Shown here piece after piece: positions 37,291 through 47,400 of a stretch of 64,000 nt of DNA (position 1 is the first letter of the stretch; each line of letters begins with the position of its first letter). The stretch comes from a virus. The position numbers were made by a program, and so were the translations under genes. The DNA lies in the IMG/VR virus record IMGVR_UViG_3300018424_003600, positions 1 through 64,000 of that record; one strand, given 5' to 3'. The notes below the pieces were generated by a model, which made no database searches, was not told the DNA's origin, and was given only the letters and a program-made list of their open reading frames with translations.

Positions 37291-38241
37291 TTATGCCAAC
37301 TCGTGGTCGTTAAAATAAGTAGGAGCAGGAACAACTACGTCTGAGTCAGCTCTATAATGCTGAACAAAACTTTCAAGTCTTCCGTCTACATTGTTGTCAA
37401 TATTATTATCAAATACAGTATCGTTAAATTCAACTCTAAAAATAATTCTATTTGCTATATCACTTCTAGCTTTAATAGTGTATAAGTTGCCTGCATATAT
37501 ACCACTGTATGTTCCTGCGCCAACTTTTTGGTAGATTGTTTGATAAGCACTAGTTAAACCATAATTACCAATTGCTTGTGTTACCGTATCTGCATTTGAA
37601 CCAATTTTTTGATAAGTTTCGTTTGCTTTAAATTTAATAATTCCAACTTGCGAAGTTAGCTGCGTCCAATCTAACCCTTTTGGCGTTGCTGCGTTAGTTA
37701 CATTTGCTGTAAATCTAATTTCTCCGCCTGTGTTAAAAAAGAATCTTCTGTGATTTTCTGACGAAAAAGTAACTGTAAATTCATGATATAATAGACCGTT
37801 CCAATTTGAAGCTCTAGCAGTAGCAATACCATATTCTAAAGATGCTTGTGTGCTATCCATTAACCTCTTATCAGCTTCTACTTGAGTCATTAAACGTTCA
37901 AAATCAGCAATACCTTTTTTATCACCGTCTGGATCTGTACTTGATACACCATCATCATTTACAAAAAAGCTAGTTTCTTCTGCAACTACGTTTAAATTTT
38001 GTATTACTTCAGCAATACCAGTATCGCCAGGTCCAACTTGGTGGACTCTTGCTTTAATAATATCAGTATAGATGTTGTTTAAATCTTCGGCAGTGATAAC
38101 ATTATTATTATCACCCGGCGCACTAGATACTTGATTACTTGACAGTGTTTGTCCATAACCGTTTTGTCCCGAGCCTGTTCCTAAAATTAGTTCTACTCGA
38201 GATTGTAAGTTATTAATTCGTGCTGCTGTAATATCTGCCAT
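37291..38241 (-). CDS. putative virion structural (tail/baseplate-associated) protein
   Basis: 316 aa in the tail operon; shares 'N.L...V.LILG....GYGQ', 'F.S...R..FFN.GG.IR', 'K..DW', 'IGNY.L.SAYQ..Y' with the downstream gene. Confidence 0.6.
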   Translation of the reverse strand: MADITAARINNLQSRVELILGTGSGQNGYGQTLSSNQVSSAPGDNNNVITAEDLNNIYTDIIKARVHQVGPGDTGIAEVIQNLNVVAEETSFFVNDDGVSSTDPDGDKKGIADFERLMTQVEADKRLMDSTQASLEYGIATARASNWNGLLYHEFTVTFSSENHRRFFFNTGGEIRFTANVTNAATPKGLDWTQLTSQVGIIKFKANETYQKIGSNADTVTQAIGNYGLTSAYQTIYQKVGAGTYSGIYAGNLYTIKARSDIANRIIFRVEFNDTVFDNNIDNNVDGRLESFVQHYRADSDVVVPAPTYFNDHELA

Positions 38242-38250
38242 GACGATTCC

Positions 38251-39738
38251 TTATACCTTTAGCACACATTCTACTAACTTTTCACCCTCGTCATGATTGC
38301 TTTCTAGTGCAATTCCAACCATTGATCCGCCATTAATTGCAGTACTTGCACAACCATTTTCGTCTACATATACTGCATCACCTTTGCTTACTGGACCAAT
38401 TACTCTAACCGGTAAGCGTCCTTTTAAGCCAATGTATTGTCCTTCTGCATCACTGTTCATCATTACAGCAGGCTGAGTTGACACTACACCAATTGCTATA
38501 CAACCTCTGCCAGCTGCTTCAACTTCATGATCATCATGTCTGCACACACATACTACTGTACCTGGTGCTAATTCTTCGCCTGTGCTGTATTTTTCTGCTA
38601 AGTCAGCATAACGTGCTGTTGTTGCTGTACCGTCAAATAAATTTGCTGCAATAGTTCCTGTCGCATCTCTAACTGCAACTGTATCTGGATTTGCACTTGT
38701 ACTTGCACTACGGAAATTTGTTCCTACTCTAAGTGTATTTGCCTTAGTAGCTTCACCAACAAATGATGTAGCGTATACATTTGCCCATGTTGCAGAACCT
38801 GAACCTAAATTAAATGTTGCATCTGCTCCAGGAATAAGCGATGTAGAGTTTATTGTTGCAACGTGGGTTAATGTGCCGCCGCTGTCTGTAGTTTTAAACT
38901 TAATTACACCATTATTTGTAACGTTTTGAATTACGCCATCAAATCCATTAGTATCAATTTTTATGTGTAAATCATTACTATCTCCAACAAAGGCACCAGA
39001 GTCAGGTATTTCAATTGATTCTGTAAAGACAGTATTTTGTCCTTGTGAAATTTGTACAAAATCACTAGCAGGAATACCTCCTAATTTTGCTGCGTTAGAC
39101 GCTGTACCCCAGAAATAGTGATCAGTACTTGTTACACCATTAGTTGCTGCCTTTGTATTTTTAAGGGTAATACCTTTTTTGATTCTATCAAATCCTTGAG
39201 CTCTTAAGTTAACTTCGCTTACATTTAAGTCAAATTCATTTGGGCTAGTTATAAATAGATATTCATCTTCAATAATGGCTACAATAATGCCTCTTGGAGT
39301 ACTAGTAGTATCTAAAACTTCCATACTTTGCATTTGGGTTACGCCTTCGCCTGCATTCTGCGGGCCAATTAGTATGAAGCTAGTTCCGTTGTATACATAA
39401 AGCTGATCGTTTGCACTATCCCACCAAAAATCTCCTACTGCAAGTCCGCTTGGCTCGCCTGTTGAAATTTCTGCGCCGCCTGTTGTTCGCCATTGTGCGC
39501 CGTCATAAAATTTTAATTTGCTATTTCCAGTATCAAACCAAATCTGTCCGCTGATTGGTCTTGCTGGCTGATTTGCTCCAGCAAAATTTTCTAGCAAAAA
39601 CAGGAAGTTTTCATTCTGGATCTCACCGTAACCTGCATAGTTTTTACCTATAAATTTTAGGTCAGTGGTTTGATCAACAGTTCCGTCTTCGACTGTTGTT
39701 AATAATGTATTGTTATATCTGTCTATTTGATAAGCCAT
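38251..39738 (-). CDS. tail fibre-like protein with C-terminal Peptidase_G2/IMC-like chaperone domain
   Basis: Shared fibre N-terminus (GKNYAGYGE..NENF..LLENFA); C-terminal 'ADLAEKY...PGTVV...IGVVST.PA..MN...GL.GR.PV.V.G...KGD...IALE'; TAAATA at 39764-39769. Confidence 0.7.
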   Translation of the reverse strand: MAYQIDRYNNTLLTTVEDGTVDQTTDLKFIGKNYAGYGEIQNENFLFLLENFAGANQPARPISGQIWFDTGNSKLKFYDGAQWRTTGGAEISTGEPSGLAVGDFWWDSANDQLYVYNGTSFILIGPQNAGEGVTQMQSMEVLDTTSTPRGIIVAIIEDEYLFITSPNEFDLNVSEVNLRAQGFDRIKKGITLKNTKAATNGVTSTDHYFWGTASNAAKLGGIPASDFVQISQGQNTVFTESIEIPDSGAFVGDSNDLHIKIDTNGFDGVIQNVTNNGVIKFKTTDSGGTLTHVATINSTSLIPGADATFNLGSGSATWANVYATSFVGEATKANTLRVGTNFRSASTSANPDTVAVRDATGTIAANLFDGTATTARYADLAEKYSTGEELAPGTVVCVCRHDDHEVEAAGRGCIAIGVVSTQPAVMMNSDAEGQYIGLKGRLPVRVIGPVSKGDAVYVDENGCASTAINGGSMVGIALESNHDEGEKLVECVLKV

Positions 39739-39775
39739 TCGTGTAACCCCTAAGCATTTATATTATTTATCGTTT

Positions 39776-41722
39776 TTATGGATATGCGGTTGTTGATACC
39801 CACTGCCAATTTGTTCCGTTACTTTCAAATGTCATTACAGATCTTACTGGCGATAGTACAACACTACCAGATGCACCAGCTGGATCAAATACTACATCTT
39901 GCGTAACAGTTTCGTTTAATGTTCCTCCTGCATCAACAGCAATATAACTTATTTGTTTTATTGATTCAATATCAACACCCGATACAGTTGCGCCTGAATA
40001 TGATGTTGCATGTATTCTAGCTACCTTTCTGTTATGTGTTGTTGTTAAAGGATACAAATCATCTAAATATCCTGCTACAGCATTTTGTAATGCTGTACCA
40101 GAACCTAAACCTGTAATGTCCATAGAAAATACTATAGTTTCTGTTGCAATTTCTTCGTCTACATAGCCTTTGTTTGCAACTGTATCATCTGAATCTTCGC
40201 TAACTGATAAAATTGCTGCTTGTTTTTCACTAATTGCTTTGCCTGCACCAGTAATTTTTTGATTATCTGTTATATTAATGTCACCTAATGCAGTAATATT
40301 GATACCATTAGTACCAACAAGATTCATTGCTAACAGATTGTCAGATGCATCGCCTAGTGATATAGCTGCACCTACTTTAATAGTAGTTCCGTCAAGTCTT
40401 ATATTATCAACAGATAATGCTGATAGTGTACCAAGACTTGTTAATTGTGGAGCACTTGTAACATTAACTAAACTGTTGTTTGTTAGTTTGTCTACGCCAC
40501 CAATTTTATAAGTTAAATTTGTATTCAATAAGTCTATGTTTACGTTAGATGTGAAGGCATTTGTTGCAAATCTCCAAAGCAAATCTTTACTTCCACTTAG
40601 ACTATTAACTCTTAATCCTGATTCGTCTGCTAATCCATCAGTTAAAGCAGTACTATCATTAAGTATACCAATCTCTATGAGTTTATCTTCTACTCTAAGT
40701 GTTTGTACATCAAGTGCTACACGGTCACCTTCAACAATTAAATCTCCGGTTACTCTCAAGTCACCTTCTACATCTAGTGTATACTCTGGTAATCTATCAG
40801 TTGTAAAAATACCAACTCTTGCTGTACTTGCATCTACATAAACAGCATCAACTGTAACAGCACCAAAAACCGACGACTTAACACGTAAACTTAAATCATG
40901 GTCTGTTAGCTGATTTTCAATGTAAAAACGTGGTCCTACAACTCTTTGAACATTGTTTTGAGATAATCCAATAGTTAAACCACCTGAGTTTTGTATAGTT
41001 AATGTTCCGGTTGTAACACCATTAGCAGTTGACGGGAGGAAACTATCAGCAGTTCTTACAACTCCTGAAGCAGTTACTAGTGCGTTTGCAGAATCAGCAG
41101 TTCCTCTATATTTAAAATTGCTTTTATCGATTATGTTATAGCCTTGATAGATAATACCGTCTGGATTAGTATCTGTAACAAGACTTAAAATTCTTTGACT
41201 GTATATCGGTGTAAATTCAATATTACTAATAACAGCAGACATTGTACCGCCTATATACAAATAAACAACTGTTCGAGAACGACTTTGTGTATCTAATATA
41301 CTTCCAACTTCAAAACCACTTTTTCCTTGTGCTTCTGTATATTGAGGACCAACAAGTATTAAATCAACACCATCAAAAGCATAAAGTTGATTTGCTAAAT
41401 TATCAATCCATAAGTCTCCAGCAACCATCTGCGGTCTTGTATCTGTTACGCTAGGTCCGCCACTTGCTTTCCATTGCGTTCCATCATAAACTTTTAAACG
41501 TTGCTCTGATGTATCCCACCATATTTGACCAATAATAGGATTGCTAGGAGCAGCAGTATTTGCAAAATTTTCTAAAAGTTTTACAAAGTTCTCGTTAAAG
41601 TATTCACCATATCCGCTATAGTTTCTACCAACAAGAGTAAGATTGGTGCTATTAGTGTCTAATTGCCCGTCTATAAGATCTATTAGTAAAGTTCCATCTG
41701 TCTTGTTTATTTGGTAGCTCAT
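39776..41722 (-). CDS. tail fibre-like protein
   Basis: Shared N-terminal domain (GRNYSGYGE..NENF..LLENFA...GQ.WWD...YDG..W); 'VGI.T..PEYTLDVEGD', 'ANKGYVD'. Confidence 0.7.
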   Translation of the reverse strand: MSYQINKTDGTLLIDLIDGQLDTNSTNLTLVGRNYSGYGEYFNENFVKLLENFANTAAPSNPIIGQIWWDTSEQRLKVYDGTQWKASGGPSVTDTRPQMVAGDLWIDNLANQLYAFDGVDLILVGPQYTEAQGKSGFEVGSILDTQSRSRTVVYLYIGGTMSAVISNIEFTPIYSQRILSLVTDTNPDGIIYQGYNIIDKSNFKYRGTADSANALVTASGVVRTADSFLPSTANGVTTGTLTIQNSGGLTIGLSQNNVQRVVGPRFYIENQLTDHDLSLRVKSSVFGAVTVDAVYVDASTARVGIFTTDRLPEYTLDVEGDLRVTGDLIVEGDRVALDVQTLRVEDKLIEIGILNDSTALTDGLADESGLRVNSLSGSKDLLWRFATNAFTSNVNIDLLNTNLTYKIGGVDKLTNNSLVNVTSAPQLTSLGTLSALSVDNIRLDGTTIKVGAAISLGDASDNLLAMNLVGTNGINITALGDINITDNQKITGAGKAISEKQAAILSVSEDSDDTVANKGYVDEEIATETIVFSMDITGLGSGTALQNAVAGYLDDLYPLTTTHNRKVARIHATSYSGATVSGVDIESIKQISYIAVDAGGTLNETVTQDVVFDPAGASGSVVLSPVRSVMTFESNGTNWQWVSTTAYP

Positions 41723-41723
41723 G

Positions 41724-43781
41724 TTATTGTCCTGTATAAATTATGTAATTAACGGCTAAGTATGGGTTCATTACATTTAATGCTTCGCCTATTGATGTAT
41801 CAGTCTTAATACCTCCACTTGTCGCCAATCCTTGTGTTCCGCCGCCGCCTGGTTCAATAGGCAACGTAATAGCATTACTGTCTGAAGCTTCTCCAGCAGC
41901 AACTCTAATACCATAGAATTGACCGTTAGTAACATCGCCTTTTAAATCGTGTTCGTGTTCTGGTAAATTGTCTAATTCAATATTTACACCTTCAGAGCCT
42001 CCAGTGCCGCCCATTGAATCTGCTGCAATATCAGTTACTCTATTTGCGGTTGGGCCTCCCATGTTATCTAAGCCCATTGCAAATCTACCACGTAAGTCAG
42101 GTAGTGTAAATCTGTTAACTCCGTTGTCAGAAACTAGTGTCGGATCTTTAAAATTATGTTGGATTGCTAACCACAACTCATTATAATCTGTTTTAAGAAC
42201 TTCCGAACCATCGCACAATAACCATCCTTCTGGTGCTTCTTCGCCACCATATGGCATAATTGCTCCTGCAGGAACTAATGGTATTGATTTTAAGAAGTTA
42301 CGTTTTGTAATTCTGTAAACACCTGTTGTTCCAGTTGTTCTATTTAAAAGGATTTCGTCTGCATTACCTGCATCATATGTAACATCTTTACTACTAATAA
42401 ATCCATTGGAAATACTCACATTAAAAGTTTTGCTTGTTCCGCCAGTTTGTCCGTCGAATTCAAAACTATTATTTTCTACATCACCTGTAATATTAAATGT
42501 AGTTGAGCTTGCAAGTCTATCTGCTGAGCCTGCTCTCCCTGATACTGTACCGCTTACGTTACCTTGTAGGTTACCAAAAAATGTTGTAGCATAAACTTCA
42601 TCATATTTGTTGTTAGTTGTACCAATATTTCTAGCTGCATTTTCGTCTGGAACTACATTTCCAGTATATAAAATTCCGCCAATATCTACATCGCCTCCGA
42701 TGTAAGCGTTTAGTGAAACACCTAAGCCCCCTGTTGTTGTAATACTTCCTGTTCCTATCGATGTAGATTGTTCAGTACTAGCAACTTGAATTACTCCTGT
42801 TCCGGGTTCTCCAGTTTTTGGTGCAACTTTAATATTACCTTTAACATCTAATGCTTCTTCTGGAGCACCATTGTTAATACCTACTGAACCTTCACTATTA
42901 ATAGTTACTATTGTAGGAGACAAGTTACCATTACGCATTCTTACATCAATACTAGAACCATTTGTATTGTGTTGTATTACACCTGTTTCACCGTCAATAC
43001 CAATAGTTAATTGTCCGCCAGTACCAATGCTAATTCCGTCATTTGATTTTACACTAAGTTGGTAGTTGGTTGTACTTGCTGCATTGCCTTGTAAAAAATT
43101 ACTTGCAGATACAACTTCACCGCCTACAACTAATGCTTCAGCTTTTTCAGCAATACCATAATACTTTAATGTTTGTGTGCCAACTATTGCCTCATTAGCA
43201 ATGTTCATTCCTGCACTAATACCTTGTCTAAATCCTTTGATAGATGTTTTAGGTATAAATGATTGGCTACTAATAATAATTGCAGGTTTGTCTTCAACTT
43301 TAATAGTAAGAACACTATACGTAACATCATCTGTTCCTACTATTGATTCTGCTTGTGCTCCAGTTAAAAGGCCGTCGCTGAAACTTGGGCCAACTAGCAC
43401 CCAGCCTGCGCCAGTAAACAAATAAAGCTGTTGACTTTCTGTGTTTACCCAAAGATCACCGGCTGTTGAATTTGCTACAGCAGGTTGCGAAGTTGCTTTT
43501 TTAAGTCCGCCACTAGCAACCCAATTAGTACCATCATATACCTTTAATTGATCAATTCCTGCTGAAGTATCGTACCATAATTGTCCTTCTACTGGACGAG
43601 CAGGTGCTGTATTATTTGCAAAGTTTTCTAATAGATGTAACAGGTCTTCTGCAATTGCTTGTCCGTAACCAGTAGTAAATCTACCAGGAATACTTAAACT
43701 AGTTTCTTGGTTGAGAGTATTGTCTTCAACGGTAATTGTACCTTTGTTTACAGTATCGGTATAGTTTATTGTGTATGCCAT
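41724..43781 (-). CDS. tail fibre protein with phage tail collar domain
   Basis: Collar motif 'VPAGAIMPYGG..APEGWLLCDG....Y.EL...F.LPDLRGRF.MG'; 'LPEHEH'; C-terminal 'PYLAVNYII'. Confidence 0.85.
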   Translation of the reverse strand: MAYTINYTDTVNKGTITVEDNTLNQETSLSIPGRFTTGYGQAIAEDLLHLLENFANNTAPARPVEGQLWYDTSAGIDQLKVYDGTNWVASGGLKKATSQPAVANSTAGDLWVNTESQQLYLFTGAGWVLVGPSFSDGLLTGAQAESIVGTDDVTYSVLTIKVEDKPAIIISSQSFIPKTSIKGFRQGISAGMNIANEAIVGTQTLKYYGIAEKAEALVVGGEVVSASNFLQGNAASTTNYQLSVKSNDGISIGTGGQLTIGIDGETGVIQHNTNGSSIDVRMRNGNLSPTIVTINSEGSVGINNGAPEEALDVKGNIKVAPKTGEPGTGVIQVASTEQSTSIGTGSITTTGGLGVSLNAYIGGDVDIGGILYTGNVVPDENAARNIGTTNNKYDEVYATTFFGNLQGNVSGTVSGRAGSADRLASSTTFNITGDVENNSFEFDGQTGGTSKTFNVSISNGFISSKDVTYDAGNADEILLNRTTGTTGVYRITKRNFLKSIPLVPAGAIMPYGGEEAPEGWLLCDGSEVLKTDYNELWLAIQHNFKDPTLVSDNGVNRFTLPDLRGRFAMGLDNMGGPTANRVTDIAADSMGGTGGSEGVNIELDNLPEHEHDLKGDVTNGQFYGIRVAAGEASDSNAITLPIEPGGGGTQGLATSGGIKTDTSIGEALNVMNPYLAVNYIIYTGQ

Positions 43782-43792
43782 TTATATACCCC

Positions 43793-44395
43793 TTACCCTG
43801 CTAAACTCTGAACTCTTACAGTATAGTCAATTTGTATTAAGCGGTTTAACGATTTTTGCACAGGGTGGAAAATTACATGAGTGATTAATTTACCTTCTCC
43901 GTCCTGTGAATAACTACGTAACCCTAACTCGTCAAATACATATGGACTATCAGTTGCAGATGCAGTATCAAACGCCTCTTGACCGTTTGGCTCGCCATAA
44001 TCAAGCAAACAACTTACAACAATATCAGTATAATTTGTACCTGCAACGTGTCTTGTTTCTAACTTATTACGTGCAGGGTCTGTATTGTTTACGCTTCTGT
44101 CGTCTACAACTTTAGTGTAAGTTTGATTGTACAAACTTGCGTTTGTGCCAGTTGAATTTGGTGTTAGGTATGTAATAATACCAGTTGGATCGACGTTTGT
44201 ACCGCCGTTACCAAAACTCATCTGGTAAATGAATCCTTGTCCTTCGTTTGCCAAACTTTCTGCAAGCGCAATACTCATATTTTCATAATGAATTGCGTTG
44301 CGTTTGTCAACGTAGACTTTTTGAGATTCAGGGTCATATATTTTTATATGTCCTTGAACTAGTACTCCGTTTGTATCTTGCATAATGTCACTCAT
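43793..44395 (-). CDS. putative baseplate/fibre attachment protein
   Basis: 'G.IKI.D......VDKRNAI', 'FDELGL', 'LITHVIF.PVQKS.NR..QI.Y'; located between wedge and fibre genes; TAAATA at 44413-44418. Confidence 0.6.
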   Translation of the reverse strand: MSDIMQDTNGVLVQGHIKIYDPESQKVYVDKRNAIHYENMSIALAESLANEGQGFIYQMSFGNGGTNVDPTGIITYLTPNSTGTNASLYNQTYTKVVDDRSVNNTDPARNKLETRHVAGTNYTDIVVSCLLDYGEPNGQEAFDTASATDSPYVFDELGLRSYSQDGEGKLITHVIFHPVQKSLNRLIQIDYTVRVQSLAG

Positions 44396-44415
44396 CTATT
44401 TTTCCTATACTGTAT

Positions 44416-47400
44416 TTATTCTGGTAGCTCAGATGTTCCTGCACGTAAGAATCTTGCAATTGAATTTTCTGTATTTCCTAGTGTAGTTCCTTGTGTTGTC
44501 CACGCTCGACCTACTTTTTTAACAACTGTAATTCTAGAATTTTCTGCAGGAGTGTTTAATAAAGTAATACTATTTGTATCTGCATCAAAACTAAAATCTG
44601 CACTAATTGTTACATCGCCTTCTGGACTATCTAACGCAAGCGTTGGATCAAAAACTTCAATTGTAGTTTTACGCTGTCTTGTGCCGCCAACAAATACTTC
44701 AATTTCATTTATAGAATTAACATCGTAATCTATTTCAAAATTGTTTGTATTTCCGTCAGCTATTGTGTTATAAGCTAAAGTTGTATCTCTGTATGGAACG
44801 GTTTTACTTATGTTTTGATCAAATACATTTGTTCCCGCTGAGTGTACTTCTTTAACTCCTGTTCCTAGTGTACCTCTACGTAATTGACGTAATGTATTAT
44901 CTTCTTTTACAAAGTACTCTATACGTTCGCCATTTATAAAAATTACACCCGGTAAATTTAAATCTTTGTTAGGGGTTGATAGCGTAGATCCGTCAACAAC
45001 TTCTATACGTAAATCATAATAATTTAAATCTTGTGCAAGTGTAGTTGCTGCACTATCAAGTCGTTTAAAGTGTGTTCTGTTAAGCATATCTTTAAACTGT
45101 CTAAACGCAAATTTAGGAACACTTACATTAGCAGCAAAATGTAATATATCTATTACATCGTTTGCTTGTGGTGTAACTGTTAATCTAACTTTTTGTTTAT
45201 CATCTGTTATATAATAATCTACACTCGGAGTTAACAATTCTCCATTTAAAGATACCCAAACATACTGTGCATCTACAGCAGGTTTACGTAGTTTTATTTC
45301 ACCTAGTGTTAATCTGTTGTATGTTACATACTCTACTTCGCCTGCATATGTAGTAGTTCTTTCAACAACATCATAATTTATTCTTTCTAATTTTAGAATG
45401 TCATGATTTGTCATTTGAATAATTTCAACAGTTTCTTGATCAGCTGGCGGTGTATCTAATATTACTGTTGATCCAATAACACGATATTCACCATCTGTTA
45501 TAACATAGATATCTAATAAATCTCCAGGGGTACCAATATCATCTGGAAGTACAATACTACTGTTTGCAATATCAAATCTCCATTGTACCGGAGTTTCAAT
45601 TAATTTTCCATTTAAATAAACACTAACATCAGAAACATCTAAACTTCCTTGTGGTTGTTGGAAAATTTCTAAAGCATATTCTCTTTGATTGTTTTCTGGA
45701 ATTTCAAACTTTGTATTATAACCAGCGTTTAAAATTCTGTTTCCAACTTTTACAAGTATGTTATGTTGAGTTGGAGCAGCATAAAGAGGTGTTGACTGAA
45801 TATCATACTCTATACTAACACCATCACCTACAAACATACTTGACGACATTTGACTATAATTTACAACATCGCTGTTTCCAAATAGCGTAAAATTAATTAC
45901 ACTATTAAGATTTGGTGGTGTGTCAAAACGTATAAACGCTCTTGTTGAATCATTAGTGTTATAAACTGTTACGTCTTGCTGTACTCCATTAATATTAGCA
46001 TAGCCAGACATTCCTTCTACAAATTCAACATTAGTTTCAAAGTCTGTTTGTTCTCCGTCTCCAGTAAATTTACCATAATCAAGTATACTTTGAACACCTT
46101 GTGCAACTGCAACTATGTTAAGTTCCTCACCTCCAATTAAAGACGGAATAGTTATAATATTTGAACTCCAGTTAATTGTAAACTCAGAATCTGCAAGTAT
46201 TACATTGTCAACTTTTACAATTACTGCTGATATATTGTTAGGAATAACTCCTAGATTATAGTTAAGTGTTCCTGGAACTGCACGATAACTTTGAGAATAT
46301 ATTACGCCTTGTCCGTCGCTGTCTCTTGTATAAACTTTAATATCAAGTGTATCAAGAATTTGTCCAGGTACTAATTCTTCAGGACCACCACTAGTTGTTG
46401 GCGTAACAAATCCATCGCCGTCAACAATTATATCCTCAGCATTAAGTCCTGTTGCTGTTGAATATTGTAAGTCGCCGCCTTCTAATTGCGTATCATAACT
46501 ATCAGGGTCAATTTTAACACTGCCATCACTAGTAATTTTTCGAATAGCAAGTACGTCTCCGTCTAACATCAAAATATCTCTTGATGCTAGATCAATTGTA
46601 TCAGTTACTCCGTCGCCTGTAATGCTATTTGTAATAGCGTGTACATTTGTCGGTGTGCCTGCATCGTAGTCAGGATCATCAATTCTTACACCATTTTTAT
46701 ATAAGTTGTAAACAACTCCGTCTTCTAATGGTGCAGAAAGTTGAACCGAAACTGTTGAACCATCTGCTGTAAAAATTTCATCTTCAAATGTATTAACAAA
46801 AGAATCCCAATTATCAGTATACCAAGGTTGACTATCCCATCCTGCAGAACTTGTAAAGTCAAAACTTGTTACTTCAACTCCACCATAGTCAATACCTGTC
46901 ATTAGCTGCGCTAAATCTTTACCATACATTCCTGCTGTTGGTGCATATGCTAAATTAATTCTGTCTTGTGCAGTTAGCATACTTAATGGTTTATAATATT
47001 CTACACGAATACTTGCTCCAAGTGCAGGAGGTGTAGTAAATATAATTTTTCCTTGATGTCTAGTATATGTCTTACTATTGTCAATAATATTTTCGTATGA
47101 ATATTTGCTTCTTAATTGTAATACATCATCAACATAAATTTTAACTTTCTTTTTATCAAGGTCCATTGGCCATTCTAAGAAGAAACGTGTTTCAGAATTT
47201 GTTCCTACAAAAGTCTCGGTTTCTGCTAACGACTCTATAGTAAATGTTTTAGAAACACGGTCAAACTTAACTTTAACTCTTGTAGATCTTACAGATCCGT
47301 TGCCTAATACCGCAGTTGCTTTAGCAGGAGTTCCGGTATCTAGTTGTGAACCTTCAATTACTACTGTTGGTGCGCTTGTATAGCCTGTTCCAGGATTGGT

